DNA of 64,000 bases from an uncultured Candidatus Saccharibacteria bacterium (GCA_937903325.1 CALCZR010000058.1:193034-257033); one strand, 5' to 3'. Numbered from the stretch's first letter, positions 1 through 8,538 are shown. Translations and numbers: made by a program. The notes: generated by a model from the letters alone, not told the origin.

Positions 1-1
1 C

Positions 2-292
2 CCTCTAGATCGTGACGCACTCCACGACTATCTTATGCCGGAAGGATTTACTCTAGTAGCTAAGGTTGTTCGAATTGACCAAATAGAAGAGCCAGCGTTA
101 GCAATTGCTGAGGGTTTCGCAAAAATTCAGCGAGTTATAGATCGTCGATATTTTGGACGATTCGCACAGATACACCATCGCCCATGGCTATGGGACATGC
201 GCAATAGCGGGAAACAGTTCATATACGGACGAGATGCCCTAACGCAAACAGAGCAGTTCTGGATGTCTGACCTTGATCCACGTCTTAGATAA
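2..292 (+). CDS. hypothetical protein, probably the C-terminal part of a gene that starts left of the window
   Basis: ORF track 35..292; the same frame has no stop between nt 2 and 35; no family motif recognised. Confidence 0.35.
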   Translation, partial: PLDRDALHDYLMPEGFTLVAKVVRIDQIEEPALAIAEGFAKIQRVIDRRYFGRFAQIHHRPWLWDMRNSGKQFIYGRDALTQTEQFWMSDLDPRLR

Positions 293-295
293 TAC

Positions 296-311
296 GAACA
301 ATTTACGAACA
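296..311 (+). repeat. 16-nt direct repeat, left copy (GAACAATTTACGAACA)
   Basis: 15/16 identical to 846..861; TACGAACA also occurs at 293..300. Confidence 0.6.
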
Positions 312-481
312 AGAGATTACAGTCGTTCGTTGTAGGTAAATATAGCAGTAAGCCCAGAACCTAGGGTTTTTGGATGAATATATGCAGGGCAGGACAAAAC
401 AAAAAATGAAACACGGAAAAGTAGGGCTATAAAAGCTGAAAGCCAGGCGCGCAGAGCAACAAACAAAAGCATACATGCAAC

Positions 482-505
482 GTCGCACAATGTATATTTT
501 GCGAC
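482..505. other. candidate Xer/dif-like recombination site (GTCGCACAA-TGTATA-TTTTGCGAC)
   Basis: two 9-nt inverted arms around a 6-nt TGTATA spacer; 484..501 matches the E. coli dif core CGCATAATGTATATTATG (recalled) at 16/18; sits where gene orientation converges. Confidence 0.3.
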
Positions 506-705
506 TCGAGTATGGTGTTTAGAGTTGAGTATACATACCTCTTCTGCAGGGGACTATCTCCCATTATTACCATACGTGGGTGTAATTACTCTATTCGTAA
601 GTGCTAACATGTATTGCTTATAGTTATTAATATCCCCCACGGTATGTCGCATTATATATGCACAGCCTATGTCGCTTTCCACAACAAGTTTTCCACAGTC
701 GCTAT

Positions 706-722
706 TTGCATTATTTGACTTT
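706..722 (+). repeat. 17-nt direct repeat copy 1 (TTGCATTATTTGACTTT)
   Basis: 16/17 identical to 771..787, 65 nt apart, in an AT-rich intergenic region. Confidence 0.6.
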
Positions 723-770
723 TGTTACCTTTTATATAGTTTTATAGTTTTCCCTGCACTATGTCCAAAA

Positions 771-787
771 TTGCAATATTTGACTTT
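771..787 (+). repeat. 17-nt direct repeat copy 2 (TTGCAATATTTGACTTT)
   Basis: 16/17 identical to 706..722. Confidence 0.6.
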
Positions 788-845
788 AGCACTACCCTGC
801 AGTGTAGTATAGTTTTTTATTCACCATCAATAACAGCAAACATGT

Positions 846-861
846 GAACATTTTACGAACA
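846..861 (+). repeat. 16-nt direct repeat, right copy (GAACATTTTACGAACA)
   Basis: 15/16 identical to 296..311. Confidence 0.6.
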
Positions 862-1036
862 CGCGGGCAGGGAGATCAGGGGACTTCCCAAGGTTCGCTC
901 GCTATGCTGGTATGCATAGATCCTGTACATGATACGAGCTTGCCCAGTAATAGAGTGCATGCTATTGCAGGCGTCATAGGTTCCTACCCTCTCCTCCTCG
1001 CTATATACCGCACATACCCTGCTCCGCCTGGCTGGG

Positions 1037-1591
1037 TTATTTTTTATTCTCTACTCGGGCTATTACTAGATCAAATACTTCTATGGGGGTCAGTCCTGGA
1101 GTATCAATAACCCAACTGGGGTCGATAGAGCCATCTTCGAGACACGCTATCTGGCTCACGGCATAACTGTTTCGGTTTTCTAGATCATTTAGATCACCTG
1201 GACGACCTCGCTGGTGCATCTGAGCGACGATCGTACTAAGATCCGGCTTCAGAACTACTACATTAAGGGTGGTATTTGTCTTACGTAAGGATGCAATGTA
1301 TTTCGTCAGTGGATTAGGAGGTGTCTTATACAAGATAAACTCCAGTGCCACGTTCTGGCCTTGGTCTACAAGCTTACGTAGATCCTGCATGACTTCTTTT
1401 TGTACGGTCGTTTCTTGTTCTTCAGTCCGGAGGCCGTGCCACTTGTGCCGCGCCCAGTAGTCGTCTTCGCTTATTCTAACCCAACCAGGAAGCTCTGCTA
1501 CCACGGCAGCCAAGGTTGTTTTACCACTGGCTGCGGGGCCAGTAATGAGCAGTACGGTGCCTGGAGTTTTAGTTTCTATCTCATGTTTCAT
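1037..1591 (-). CDS. P-loop NTPase / small-molecule kinase-like protein
   Basis: Walker A motif GPAASGKTT near the N-terminus; 184 aa, the size of AAA_33/zeta-toxin-like kinases. Confidence 0.6.
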   Translation of the reverse strand: MKHEIETKTPGTVLLITGPAASGKTTLAAVVAELPGWVRISEDDYWARHKWHGLRTEEQETTVQKEVMQDLRKLVDQGQNVALEFILYKTPPNPLTKYIASLRKTNTTLNVVVLKPDLSTIVAQMHQRGRPGDLNDLENRNSYAVSQIACLEDGSIDPSWVIDTPGLTPIEVFDLVIARVENKK

Positions 1592-1608
1592 GATTTCAGT
1601 CTATTGTA

Positions 1609-2550
1609 CTACTTGTAGTAGATACGTTCTTCCACCCGTGAGTCCACGTATTCAGTGGGAGTTATCCTGTCTGCTTCAAGCTTCTTCTTCAGGGCAAAGT
1701 ACTGTCCGGCGGCAATACGAGCTTCAGACTGTAAGTTAAACTTAATATAATATGGCTGGCCTGTGATTCGTACATGCAACTCTGAGGCCAGTGTAGGTAA
1801 CGTCATGGAAGATACTTCGATATCTTTGGCCTTGAACTGTTGATAGAGTGTTGTGATAAATGTAACATCCTGTTCTGCTAGCCCTCCCTTCCCTGGCTCG
1901 ATAGAAAGTTCGGCTTCATCTCGCACATTAGGAATATCCGGCAGACCTCCGTTGAGATCGGTAGCCTTCATGAGAACTCGCCCACTTGATCCGACAACAA
2001 ATACACCCTGTTTACTAGCTAGTAGCAGTGCCGGTTTTTCAGATATAGCTTGGATGATTGGACGGTGGCCCGTCAAAGGTAGTACTACGCTTACATCACT
2101 GAGTTCAGGAAACTTTTTTTGGAGGTCAGTCTGCAGACCTTTCGTATTAACAGTCAACTTACTCTTGTTAAGGATCGATCCTCCCAGAAGGTCATTGGCG
2201 GCGTCCTGGTACGTCGCAACAGGACGCAGAACCTTAAAGTCATCTCCAGGGCCGTCTATCACAACTTTGACATTTGTAGATAGCGTCGTCATATACAGCC
2301 CGCTCGCAAGAACCACCAGTAAGGCTAGGACGGCTGGTAAGCGCTCCTTACTTGTGAACTTCTGGACAGAACCAACACCCATGGGCGTTCTCGTTGGTCG
2401 ATCCGCTACTGACGACTGTCTAGTGACGTGATGACGGGAACTGGCATCCAAGGTCTGTCGGCTGGCGTGGTAAGAGAAGAATTCCTTCTTGGGAGTTTGA
2501 CTAAGCCGAGGCTGGCGTCCAGTTTGCTGGGGCTGTCTTCTCAGTGCCAT
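1609..2550 (-). CDS. ftsQ: cell division protein FtsQ/DivIB-like
   Basis: basic low-complexity N-terminus, single TM (LPAVLALLVVLASGLYM), extracytoplasmic domain; lies directly downstream of murG in the dcw block. Confidence 0.55.
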   Translation of the reverse strand: MALRRQPQQTGRQPRLSQTPKKEFFSYHASRQTLDASSRHHVTRQSSVADRPTRTPMGVGSVQKFTSKERLPAVLALLVVLASGLYMTTLSTNVKVVIDGPGDDFKVLRPVATYQDAANDLLGGSILNKSKLTVNTKGLQTDLQKKFPELSDVSVVLPLTGHRPIIQAISEKPALLLASKQGVFVVGSSGRVLMKATDLNGGLPDIPNVRDEAELSIEPGKGGLAEQDVTFITTLYQQFKAKDIEVSSMTLPTLASELHVRITGQPYYIKFNLQSEARIAAGQYFALKKKLEADRITPTEYVDSRVEERIYYK

Positions 2551-2556
2551 TGGGCT

Positions 2557-3729
2557 TTATGCCTTAGCTTTCTGAAGCGAGTCTAAGATAAGTTCTGCCA
2601 ACTGTTCTGCAGCGTCACTGGTACTTGTTTTATGCAGTTCTCGGGCGAGACTTAGCCGAGCCCTCGGGTCATCGAGGAGTCGCTCCACCTGTTGCAAGAG
2701 AAGTTCGGGGTTCTTTTGGACGGCTTCATCGGACACGCTCACAATAGCTCCAGCTTTCTCAAGCACTTCGGCATTCTTGAGTTGGTGACCACCCGTAAGC
2801 TGCTGATTAGGAACCACAATGCAAGCTTTAGCCTGGGCTGCGAACTCTGCTAAGTTAGTGGCCCCTGCCCTTGCGATAATAACGTCAGCAGCACCGCTAT
2901 ACCGATAGAACCCATCTACAAACTCTTCTACCACTACCTGTGCCGCTTTAATACCCAGCGCCTTCTTGTACAAAGCAGTAAGTGAATCTACCTTACCCCG
3001 CCCTGCAACGTGCACAATACGGAGACGTGCGTGGCGTGCTATGAGGGCCTTGGAAATCTGTGCCACAGCTTCGTTAAGACGTTGAGCTCCGAGTCCACCG
3101 CCCGTAACCAGAACTACTGGGTTCTTGGGATCAAGGCCTAACTCCGTCTTATAGGCTGTCTGTCGTTCGGCCGTCACCATAACGTAGTCAGCTGAAATAG
3201 GAACTCCCGTCTCATATGTCTTACCTTTGGGGTAGCTATATACTTCTTTCGGCATAGCGACCGCGTGTGCGACTGCCCACCGTGCAATGATACGGTTCGC
3301 TAGGCCCGGTACGGCGTCAGAGTCGTGCGTGATATAAGGAATGTGTAGTAACGCTGCCATAAGGCCTAGAGGCACTCCGACGAACCCACCCTTAATAAAC
3401 AGAATGTCGGGACGTTCTTTACGGAGAAGAAAGAACGATTCAACAATACCAGCCAGAATCAAGAACACGTCCCGGATATTCTTAAAGAGTGTTGGGATAT
3501 CTAGTAATTGTCTCAGGCCCTCGCCGTGATACCGACGGAGTTTCCCTGAATGAATTGCCCGCACCCCGTCAATAATTGGATTGTTAGTGACGACGTCGCC
3601 AAGCTTGTCGCCTTTGCCAATGACATAGATAAGTTCAGCTGACGCAGCTTGCTGCTTAAGTTCGTGCGCGACCGCCAGCGTTGGGGTGATATGCCCCCCT
3701 GATCCGCCGCCGACTAGAAATATTTTCAT
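2557..3729 (-). CDS. murG: UDP-GlcNAc:lipid I N-acetylglucosaminyltransferase MurG
   Basis: N-terminus MKIFLVGGGSGGHITP and a GT28 C-terminal half (LVTGGGLGA ... TGGHQ); dcw context. Confidence 0.9.
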   Translation of the reverse strand: MKIFLVGGGSGGHITPTLAVAHELKQQAASAELIYVIGKGDKLGDVVTNNPIIDGVRAIHSGKLRRYHGEGLRQLLDIPTLFKNIRDVFLILAGIVESFFLLRKERPDILFIKGGFVGVPLGLMAALLHIPYITHDSDAVPGLANRIIARWAVAHAVAMPKEVYSYPKGKTYETGVPISADYVMVTAERQTAYKTELGLDPKNPVVLVTGGGLGAQRLNEAVAQISKALIARHARLRIVHVAGRGKVDSLTALYKKALGIKAAQVVVEEFVDGFYRYSGAADVIIARAGATNLAEFAAQAKACIVVPNQQLTGGHQLKNAEVLEKAGAIVSVSDEAVQKNPELLLQQVERLLDDPRARLSLARELHKTSTSDAAEQLAELILDSLQKAKA

Positions 3730-4909
3730 TCGTTGTACCCTCGGTATTTTGGTCTGTAATGACGCTATAGCTAGTATACCGTGAAATCTGGAATACCAGG
3801 CCTATTGCCGCTGTTATAAAGATAATGCTGGTGCCACCATAACTAATAAACGGTAGTGTTATGCCCTTTAATGGTAGTAGTCCTATCATGGCCCCAATAT
3901 TAATCATAGTTTGGGTGCTAAGCCACGCCAGTACGCCTACTACTAGTAGTCTACTGAAGTCATCCGGCGTACGTTCAATAATACTCTTAAGACGAGCGAA
4001 AAATGCCACAAAGAACGCCAGCAGAATACTGACCCCAATAAAGCCGAACTTCTCCGCGAATATCGCAAAGATCGAATCGTTAGCCGCTTCAGGTAGATAC
4101 CCATAAGCCTGCACGCCTCTCCCGAGTCCAAGGCCCGTTAAACCACCTGATCCAACGGCAATGAGAGCCTGACAAGCTTGATAGCCGCTCGCTTGGCAAT
4201 CCCGTGTAGGATTAAGGAAGGTTTCCACGCGGCCTCGTCGGTAGCTTGAGGAAGCAATTAACAGCGTCGTACCAATAGCGATAATGCCCCCGATCATAAG
4301 GATCTTCTTAAGTGGCAATCCAACTACAAAGATCATACTGGCCATCATCATGACCATTACACCAGTAGAACCCAGGTCACTCTGGATTTTCGCCACTACG
4401 AGAGCAACAAGCCCTAGTGCAATCAGAATTGGTTTGAAGGTTAGCTTTTCATCTGCCAGCTCACCTCGCCTGGCACGATCTACCAAGAATCCAGCTAGCC
4501 AAACTAGTAACGCAAACTTAACCAACTCAGCCGCCTGGAAAGATAAGCCACCCACCTGAATCCAGCGGTAGGCCCCGTTAACCTCTTCACCAACAAAGCG
4601 CACGGCGATGGCAGCAACAGCGGCAGCAATAATTAAGGGCTTTTCAAAGCGTCGCCACCAAGTGATCGGAATGTTAGAGGTAATCAGAAACGCCACAATA
4701 CCAAGCGTAACTGCAAGTAGTTGTTTACCTACATAGTAGTTTTCACCTACCCCTTTTTGGGCACTGAGCCCCGGACTAATGGCGTAGACCACCACCAGAC
4801 CAAGTGACAGTAGCACAATACTCAGAAGCAGCAGGATGTAGTCCGGCTTGTGCCGCCTATGTGCTTTCTCGTTGGCGACTGGTCGACGCCGTGCACTTCT
4901 AGCGTCCAT
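3656..4909 (-). CDS. ftsW: SEDS-family peptidoglycan polymerase FtsW
   Basis: about 10 TM segments, SEDS-like motifs (SDLGS, PLPFISYGGTS-like LPFISYGGTS); lies between ftsI and murG; its 3' end overlaps murG by 74 nt. Confidence 0.85.
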   Translation of the reverse strand: MDARSARRRPVANEKAHRRHKPDYILLLLSIVLLSLGLVVVYAISPGLSAQKGVGENYYVGKQLLAVTLGIVAFLITSNIPITWWRRFEKPLIIAAAVAAIAVRFVGEEVNGAYRWIQVGGLSFQAAELVKFALLVWLAGFLVDRARRGELADEKLTFKPILIALGLVALVVAKIQSDLGSTGVMVMMMASMIFVVGLPLKKILMIGGIIAIGTTLLIASSSYRRGRVETFLNPTRDCQASGYQACQALIAVGSGGLTGLGLGRGVQAYGYLPEAANDSIFAIFAEKFGFIGVSILLAFFVAFFARLKSIIERTPDDFSRLLVVGVLAWLSTQTMINIGAMIGLLPLKGITLPFISYGGTSIIFITAAIGLVFQISRYTSYSVITDQNTEGTTNENISSRRRIRGAYHPNAGGRART

Positions 4910-4959
4910 ATAACCTCTGTGATTTCCTGATTGTTTTTGTTTTAGTCATTACCATCTTT

Positions 4960-4967
4960 ATTATACC
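4960..4967 (-). promoter_or_regulatory. GGTATAAT -10-like element, 50 nt upstream of the ftsW ATG
   Basis: plus strand reads ATTATACC; one of 7 exact GGTATAAT copies, all upstream of and co-oriented with a start codon. Confidence 0.45.
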
Positions 4968-4974
4968 GTGCCGA

Positions 4975-6744
4975 CTACGACTTCGGGGTGACATTAAAGT
5001 TATTAATGAGCATATTAGTAAGACTCGTGAATATTGGAGCTGCCGCCTTAGAACCGGCGTAGCCCTTAATACCGGGTTCGTTAACGCGCACTACAATGAC
5101 GTACTCCGGTTTATCACCACCAACAAAGCCCATAAATGTTCCGTTAAAGCGATCTTCATAATACCCACCACCCGGCTTGGTTATTTCAGCAGTTCCGGTC
5201 TTACCGCCTACTAAATACGTACTAGGACGCTCTTTAAAGCCGTACAGCGCGTAATTCTTGTCCACCACACCCTTCATAAGCGTTTGCATTTCACCACTCA
5301 CCTGCCCACTTACAACATTGCTCTGGAGCACTTCAGGTTTGTGGTCGTGCACTTTACCCTGGCCGTCTGTGGTCTTGTCAACGAGGTGTGGTCGGTAATA
5401 GGTACCTCCGTTAATAACGGAACTCAAGGCGGCCCCCATCTGTAGTGGCGTAGCTGTCATACCCTGCCCGAATGAAGTGTTAGCATACTGGATGTTTAAA
5501 CCGAAGCCGTCATTAGGATCTGGCACACTGCCATCAGCTTCGTACCCCTGCTCTATCCCTGTAGCTTTACTGAAACGGTAGTGATTAACCATGTAGTCGT
5601 GCCATGTCTCGCGGGCTTTCTGGTTTACTTCACCACCACCCATCTGCATGAGTAGCCAGGTAGCACCAGTGTTAAGCGACATCTCTAGAATATCTGCCAC
5701 ACTACGCGTCCCTGCTCCACCATCTTCTTCGATGTTGGTAACTTTAGCGTCACCAATCTGGTAGAAGCTGGGGTCGTAATAGGTTGTGCCCGGACTTACT
5801 ACTCCCTGATTAAGTGCAGCTGCCGCAGTTAAGGGCTTCATAATAGACCCAACTTCCAGTGGTGAGCTAACAGCAGCATTGTTAAAGGTTTCACCGTCCT
5901 CCACCTTGTAAAACTCTGCTGGGCTATACGTTGGATAATTAGCCATGGCTTTAATAGCTCCGGTATACGGATCCATGATAATGGCACTACCGGACTTAGA
6001 CTTGGCCGAATCCAAGCCGCTCTTTAATAGATCTTCTACTTGGCGCTGCATGGACACGTCAACGGTAAGTAGTACTCGGTCGCCAGACTTGGGTTGAGTG
6101 ACAATGTTATCGGTATTAGCAACCAGTGGCACACCCTGTGCATCAGTGATAGCCTTAAGCTGACCTGGTGTGCCTTTAAGTTCTTTGTTAAGAGCTTGCT
6201 CTAGCCCGTACTTGCCTGTTCCCTCGTCATCAACGAAGCCCAGTAGTTGTGCTGCGAGATCACCCTGCGGATAGGTACGAATAGCTTCTTCGCGTGTCCC
6301 TACCCCTTTGAGATCTAGCTTGTCGAGTGCGTCTTTCTTATCTTTAGGGAGCTTCTTGGCCAGAATAGCGTAGCGCGTGTCGCTTTTGAGTTTCTTCTCA
6401 ATGTCGCTTTGGTTACCACCAATGACTTTCTGTATTTTGTCTGCTACTTCTTCGGTTTTCTTGATGTACTTTGGGTCAGCAAACAAGGTATAGCGCTTCT
6501 CGTTTAGCACGATTGGTACTACCGAATCACCGTCATGGGCTTCGATGACTCCTCGATCAGCAACGATCTCGTACTGCTTTAATTGCCCTGATAGTGCGGT
6601 CTTCTTGTAATAGTCGTGCCGAATTATCTGTAAGTAAAAAAGTCGAATACCAAAGATCGCCATCACCACAAGCAATGCTGCGTACCATACTCGTACACGC
6701 TGCACTGGTCCTGATGTGGAATGAGATGTTTGTCTTGGATTCAC
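4975..6744 (-). CDS. ftsI: class B penicillin-binding protein (FtsI-type transpeptidase)
   Basis: SxxK (SIMK), SxN (SLN) and KTG (GGKTGTA) motifs; N-terminal TM anchor; GTG start; dcw context. Confidence 0.9.
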   Translation of the reverse strand: MNPRQTSHSTSGPVQRVRVWYAALLVVMAIFGIRLFYLQIIRHDYYKKTALSGQLKQYEIVADRGVIEAHDGDSVVPIVLNEKRYTLFADPKYIKKTEEVADKIQKVIGGNQSDIEKKLKSDTRYAILAKKLPKDKKDALDKLDLKGVGTREEAIRTYPQGDLAAQLLGFVDDEGTGKYGLEQALNKELKGTPGQLKAITDAQGVPLVANTDNIVTQPKSGDRVLLTVDVSMQRQVEDLLKSGLDSAKSKSGSAIIMDPYTGAIKAMANYPTYSPAEFYKVEDGETFNNAAVSSPLEVGSIMKPLTAAAALNQGVVSPGTTYYDPSFYQIGDAKVTNIEEDGGAGTRSVADILEMSLNTGATWLLMQMGGGEVNQKARETWHDYMVNHYRFSKATGIEQGYEADGSVPDPNDGFGLNIQYANTSFGQGMTATPLQMGAALSSVINGGTYYRPHLVDKTTDGQGKVHDHKPEVLQSNVVSGQVSGEMQTLMKGVVDKNYALYGFKERPSTYLVGGKTGTAEITKPGGGYYEDRFNGTFMGFVGGDKPEYVIVVRVNEPGIKGYAGSKAAAPIFTSLTNMLINNFNVTPKS

Positions 6745-6753
6745 TTATGGACC

Positions 6754-6761
6754 ATTATACC
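6754..6761 (-). promoter_or_regulatory. GGTATAAT -10-like element, 9 nt upstream of the ftsI GTG
   Basis: plus strand ATTATACC at 6754..6761; start codon at 6744..6742. Confidence 0.45.
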
Positions 6762-6790
6762 GCTTTTGGCTAGTTTATAGGTAGAACGGA

Positions 6791-7138
6791 TTAGTTAGAA
6801 AGTGTACCTGCTGGGGTTGCCTGTACGAGGCTTTTGGCCACCGTGCTGTTCTTAACGCGGTCGAGTGCTTGCAGACGTGCTGAAGCAACTTCAAGTTCGT
6901 CATGTTCTTGCTGAAGGTCACTGGCCTGAGTAGTCAGTGCGTTGATTTTATAACCGTAGGCATTAGTCTTTGTAACTTGTGTCAGGTACAAAAGACCTAA
7001 TACGCACGCGAGTACGATAAGGATAATAGTGTTACTAACTGGACCGAGCGCTGCTTCATTAGCTCGGAACTTAGTAGTGTTTTGATTATTCGCTACGAAG
7101 CGTCGCTGGCTTGTAGCTAGGGAGTGTGAGTATGTCAT
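6791..7138 (-). CDS. ftsL: FtsL/DivIC-like septation protein
   Basis: 115 aa, one TM (IILIVLACVLGLLYLTQV) followed by a coiled-coil segment; lies between rsmH and ftsI. Confidence 0.55.
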   Translation of the reverse strand: MTYSHSLATSQRRFVANNQNTTKFRANEAALGPVSNTIILIVLACVLGLLYLTQVTKTNAYGYKINALTTQASDLQQEHDELEVASARLQALDRVKNSTVAKSLVQATPAGTLSN

Positions 7139-7172
7139 TGGTGTTTGTTTTTGTTACTTTCTTATTCGTGGT

Positions 7173-7195
7173 GGTCCCGCCTGGGAGGCGGGACC
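7173..7195 (-). other. GC-rich stem-loop (9-bp stem, 5-nt loop) between rsmH and ftsL
   Basis: GGTCCCGCC-TGGGA-GGCGGGACC; no U-tract on either strand. Confidence 0.4.
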
Positions 7196-7286
7196 GATTG
7201 GCTTACAGTACTTTTACTTTTACTTTGTAAGCACGGGATTGGCTTTTTACCTGGATCGGCATTAGTCTTCCCTTTCTTTTTGTTTT

Positions 7287-8162
7287 TTATTTTTTCACTG
7301 CGGCTCGTAATTTTGCACTACGGGCACGCGGATTAGAAACTATTTCGGTTTTGTCGCCTACGACTGGTCGTTTGGTCAGTAGTCGTAATTCGGCGTCATA
7401 GGTGTCTCCAGCCTGATCGGATAAAGCGTTTTTAACGATTCTATCCTCTAAGCTATGGAAACTTATGACGACGATGCGTCCTTTTGGCTTCAGAAGCTTA
7501 ATCCATAACGGTAAGGCCTCTTTCACCTGGCCTAGCTCATCGTTTACGGCGATTCTCAGCGCCTGGAAGGTGCGAGTTGCCGGATGCGTTTTGCTGTGGC
7601 CTCGGAACGTACGAGCGACGGTGGTTGCAAGCTGAGCAGTGCTGGTGATTGGTCGCGCGGCAATAATTGCTCGAGCGATGGTGAAAGCCCTGGGCTCTTC
7701 ACCGTATTCACGCAGGATTTGGACAAGATCTTCTTCGGAGTAGCTGTTAACGATTGTTTCAGCTGTTAGCTCCTGAGTCTGGTCCATTCGCATATCCAAC
7801 GGTCCATCCTGTTGGAAAGCGAATCCTCTGCTTGCATTATTAAGGTGCACGGATGACACGCCGAGATCAGCAAGTATCATGTCGAACGTTCTACCTTGAT
7901 CCACAAGATTTCGGCTCGCCTCCAGAAAATCTGAATGGATAATCTCGTCCTGTGCGGTAAAGCGTTCTCGCAAACGACCAATGGCCATTTGATCTCGATC
8001 GACAAGTGTAACTGGTGCAGTGGTGACGTGTTGTACTGCTGAGGCGTGACCTCCGTAGCCTGCTGTCAGATCGAGGTATGATTCCCCGACTACTGGCGCA
8101 AGATACTGGAGTGTCTCGGTCAATAGCACCGGCACATGCAACTCTATCGTCTTGTCTGTCAT
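7287..8162 (-). CDS. rsmH: 16S rRNA (cytosine1402-N4)-methyltransferase RsmH
   Basis: HVPVLL N-terminal motif, DLGVSS motif, 291 aa; dcw context. Confidence 0.9.
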   Translation of the reverse strand: MTDKTIELHVPVLLTETLQYLAPVVGESYLDLTAGYGGHASAVQHVTTAPVTLVDRDQMAIGRLRERFTAQDEIIHSDFLEASRNLVDQGRTFDMILADLGVSSVHLNNASRGFAFQQDGPLDMRMDQTQELTAETIVNSYSEEDLVQILREYGEEPRAFTIARAIIAARPITSTAQLATTVARTFRGHSKTHPATRTFQALRIAVNDELGQVKEALPLWIKLLKPKGRIVVISFHSLEDRIVKNALSDQAGDTYDAELRLLTKRPVVGDKTEIVSNPRARSAKLRAAVKK

Positions 8163-8538
8163 GTTTGTTTTTGTTTTGGCGTTTTTGTTTTATTACGCTA
8201 ACGGTAGTGTACTACCTTCCAACGTATTATTCAAGATCACCTAATCAGCAGCCAACTTTTTGTTTTTTTGGTGGTTTTTGTTTTTGTTTGTTAGAGATCA
8301 TATAGGGAGTTGTTTTGTGCAGGTTGCCCTGTAAAACGCTCCTTAAATCTTTAACTAAGTTTGAGAGACTTATGTGTGAGGTGGAGTTTTGGGAGGTGTT
8401 TTTTTGAGAAATGTACAAAGGTTTTTTGAGTGGTTTTAAAGATCCTTCTACCCACTTGTTGACTGCCGAATAGCTAATCTTGAGATCAGATACTCGTCTG
8501 CTGTGTTGCTTCTAATAAATTGTTAAAGATCTTTGGGA

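Noticed and set aside
303-488. 61-aa minus-strand ORF rich in Cys and Phe
   Set aside because: It has the low-complexity composition expected from translating AT/T-rich non-coding DNA. It ends inside the dif-like palindrome and has no start-site signals.
675-697. DnaA-box-like CTTTCCACA / TTTTCCACA in the AT-rich region, suggesting oriC
   Set aside because: Genes converge on this region rather than diverge from it, and no dnaA or dnaN is adjacent. The boxes are imperfect. A terminus-type location fits better.
844-1110. 88-aa plus-strand ORF in the large intergenic region
   Set aside because: It overlaps the 3' end of the well-supported P-loop gene on the opposite strand, starts inside the right direct repeat, and has no motif or ribosome-binding signal. 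It is probably spurious.
8163-8300. Possible CRISPR-like or tandem-repeat array from the recurring TTTTTGTTTTTG motifs
   Set aside because: The repeats are short (5-13 nt), low complexity and irregularly spaced, with no unique spacers. They are not a CRISPR array.
8411-8473. 20-codon plus-strand ORF (MYKGFLSGFKDPSTHLLTAE) preceded by GGGAGGTG in the mraZ-rsmH spacer
   Set aside because: The SD-to-ATG spacing of about 14 nt is long, the ORF is antisense to the dcw transcript, and nothing supports conservation. The purine tracts are simply the complement of the C/A-rich leader.
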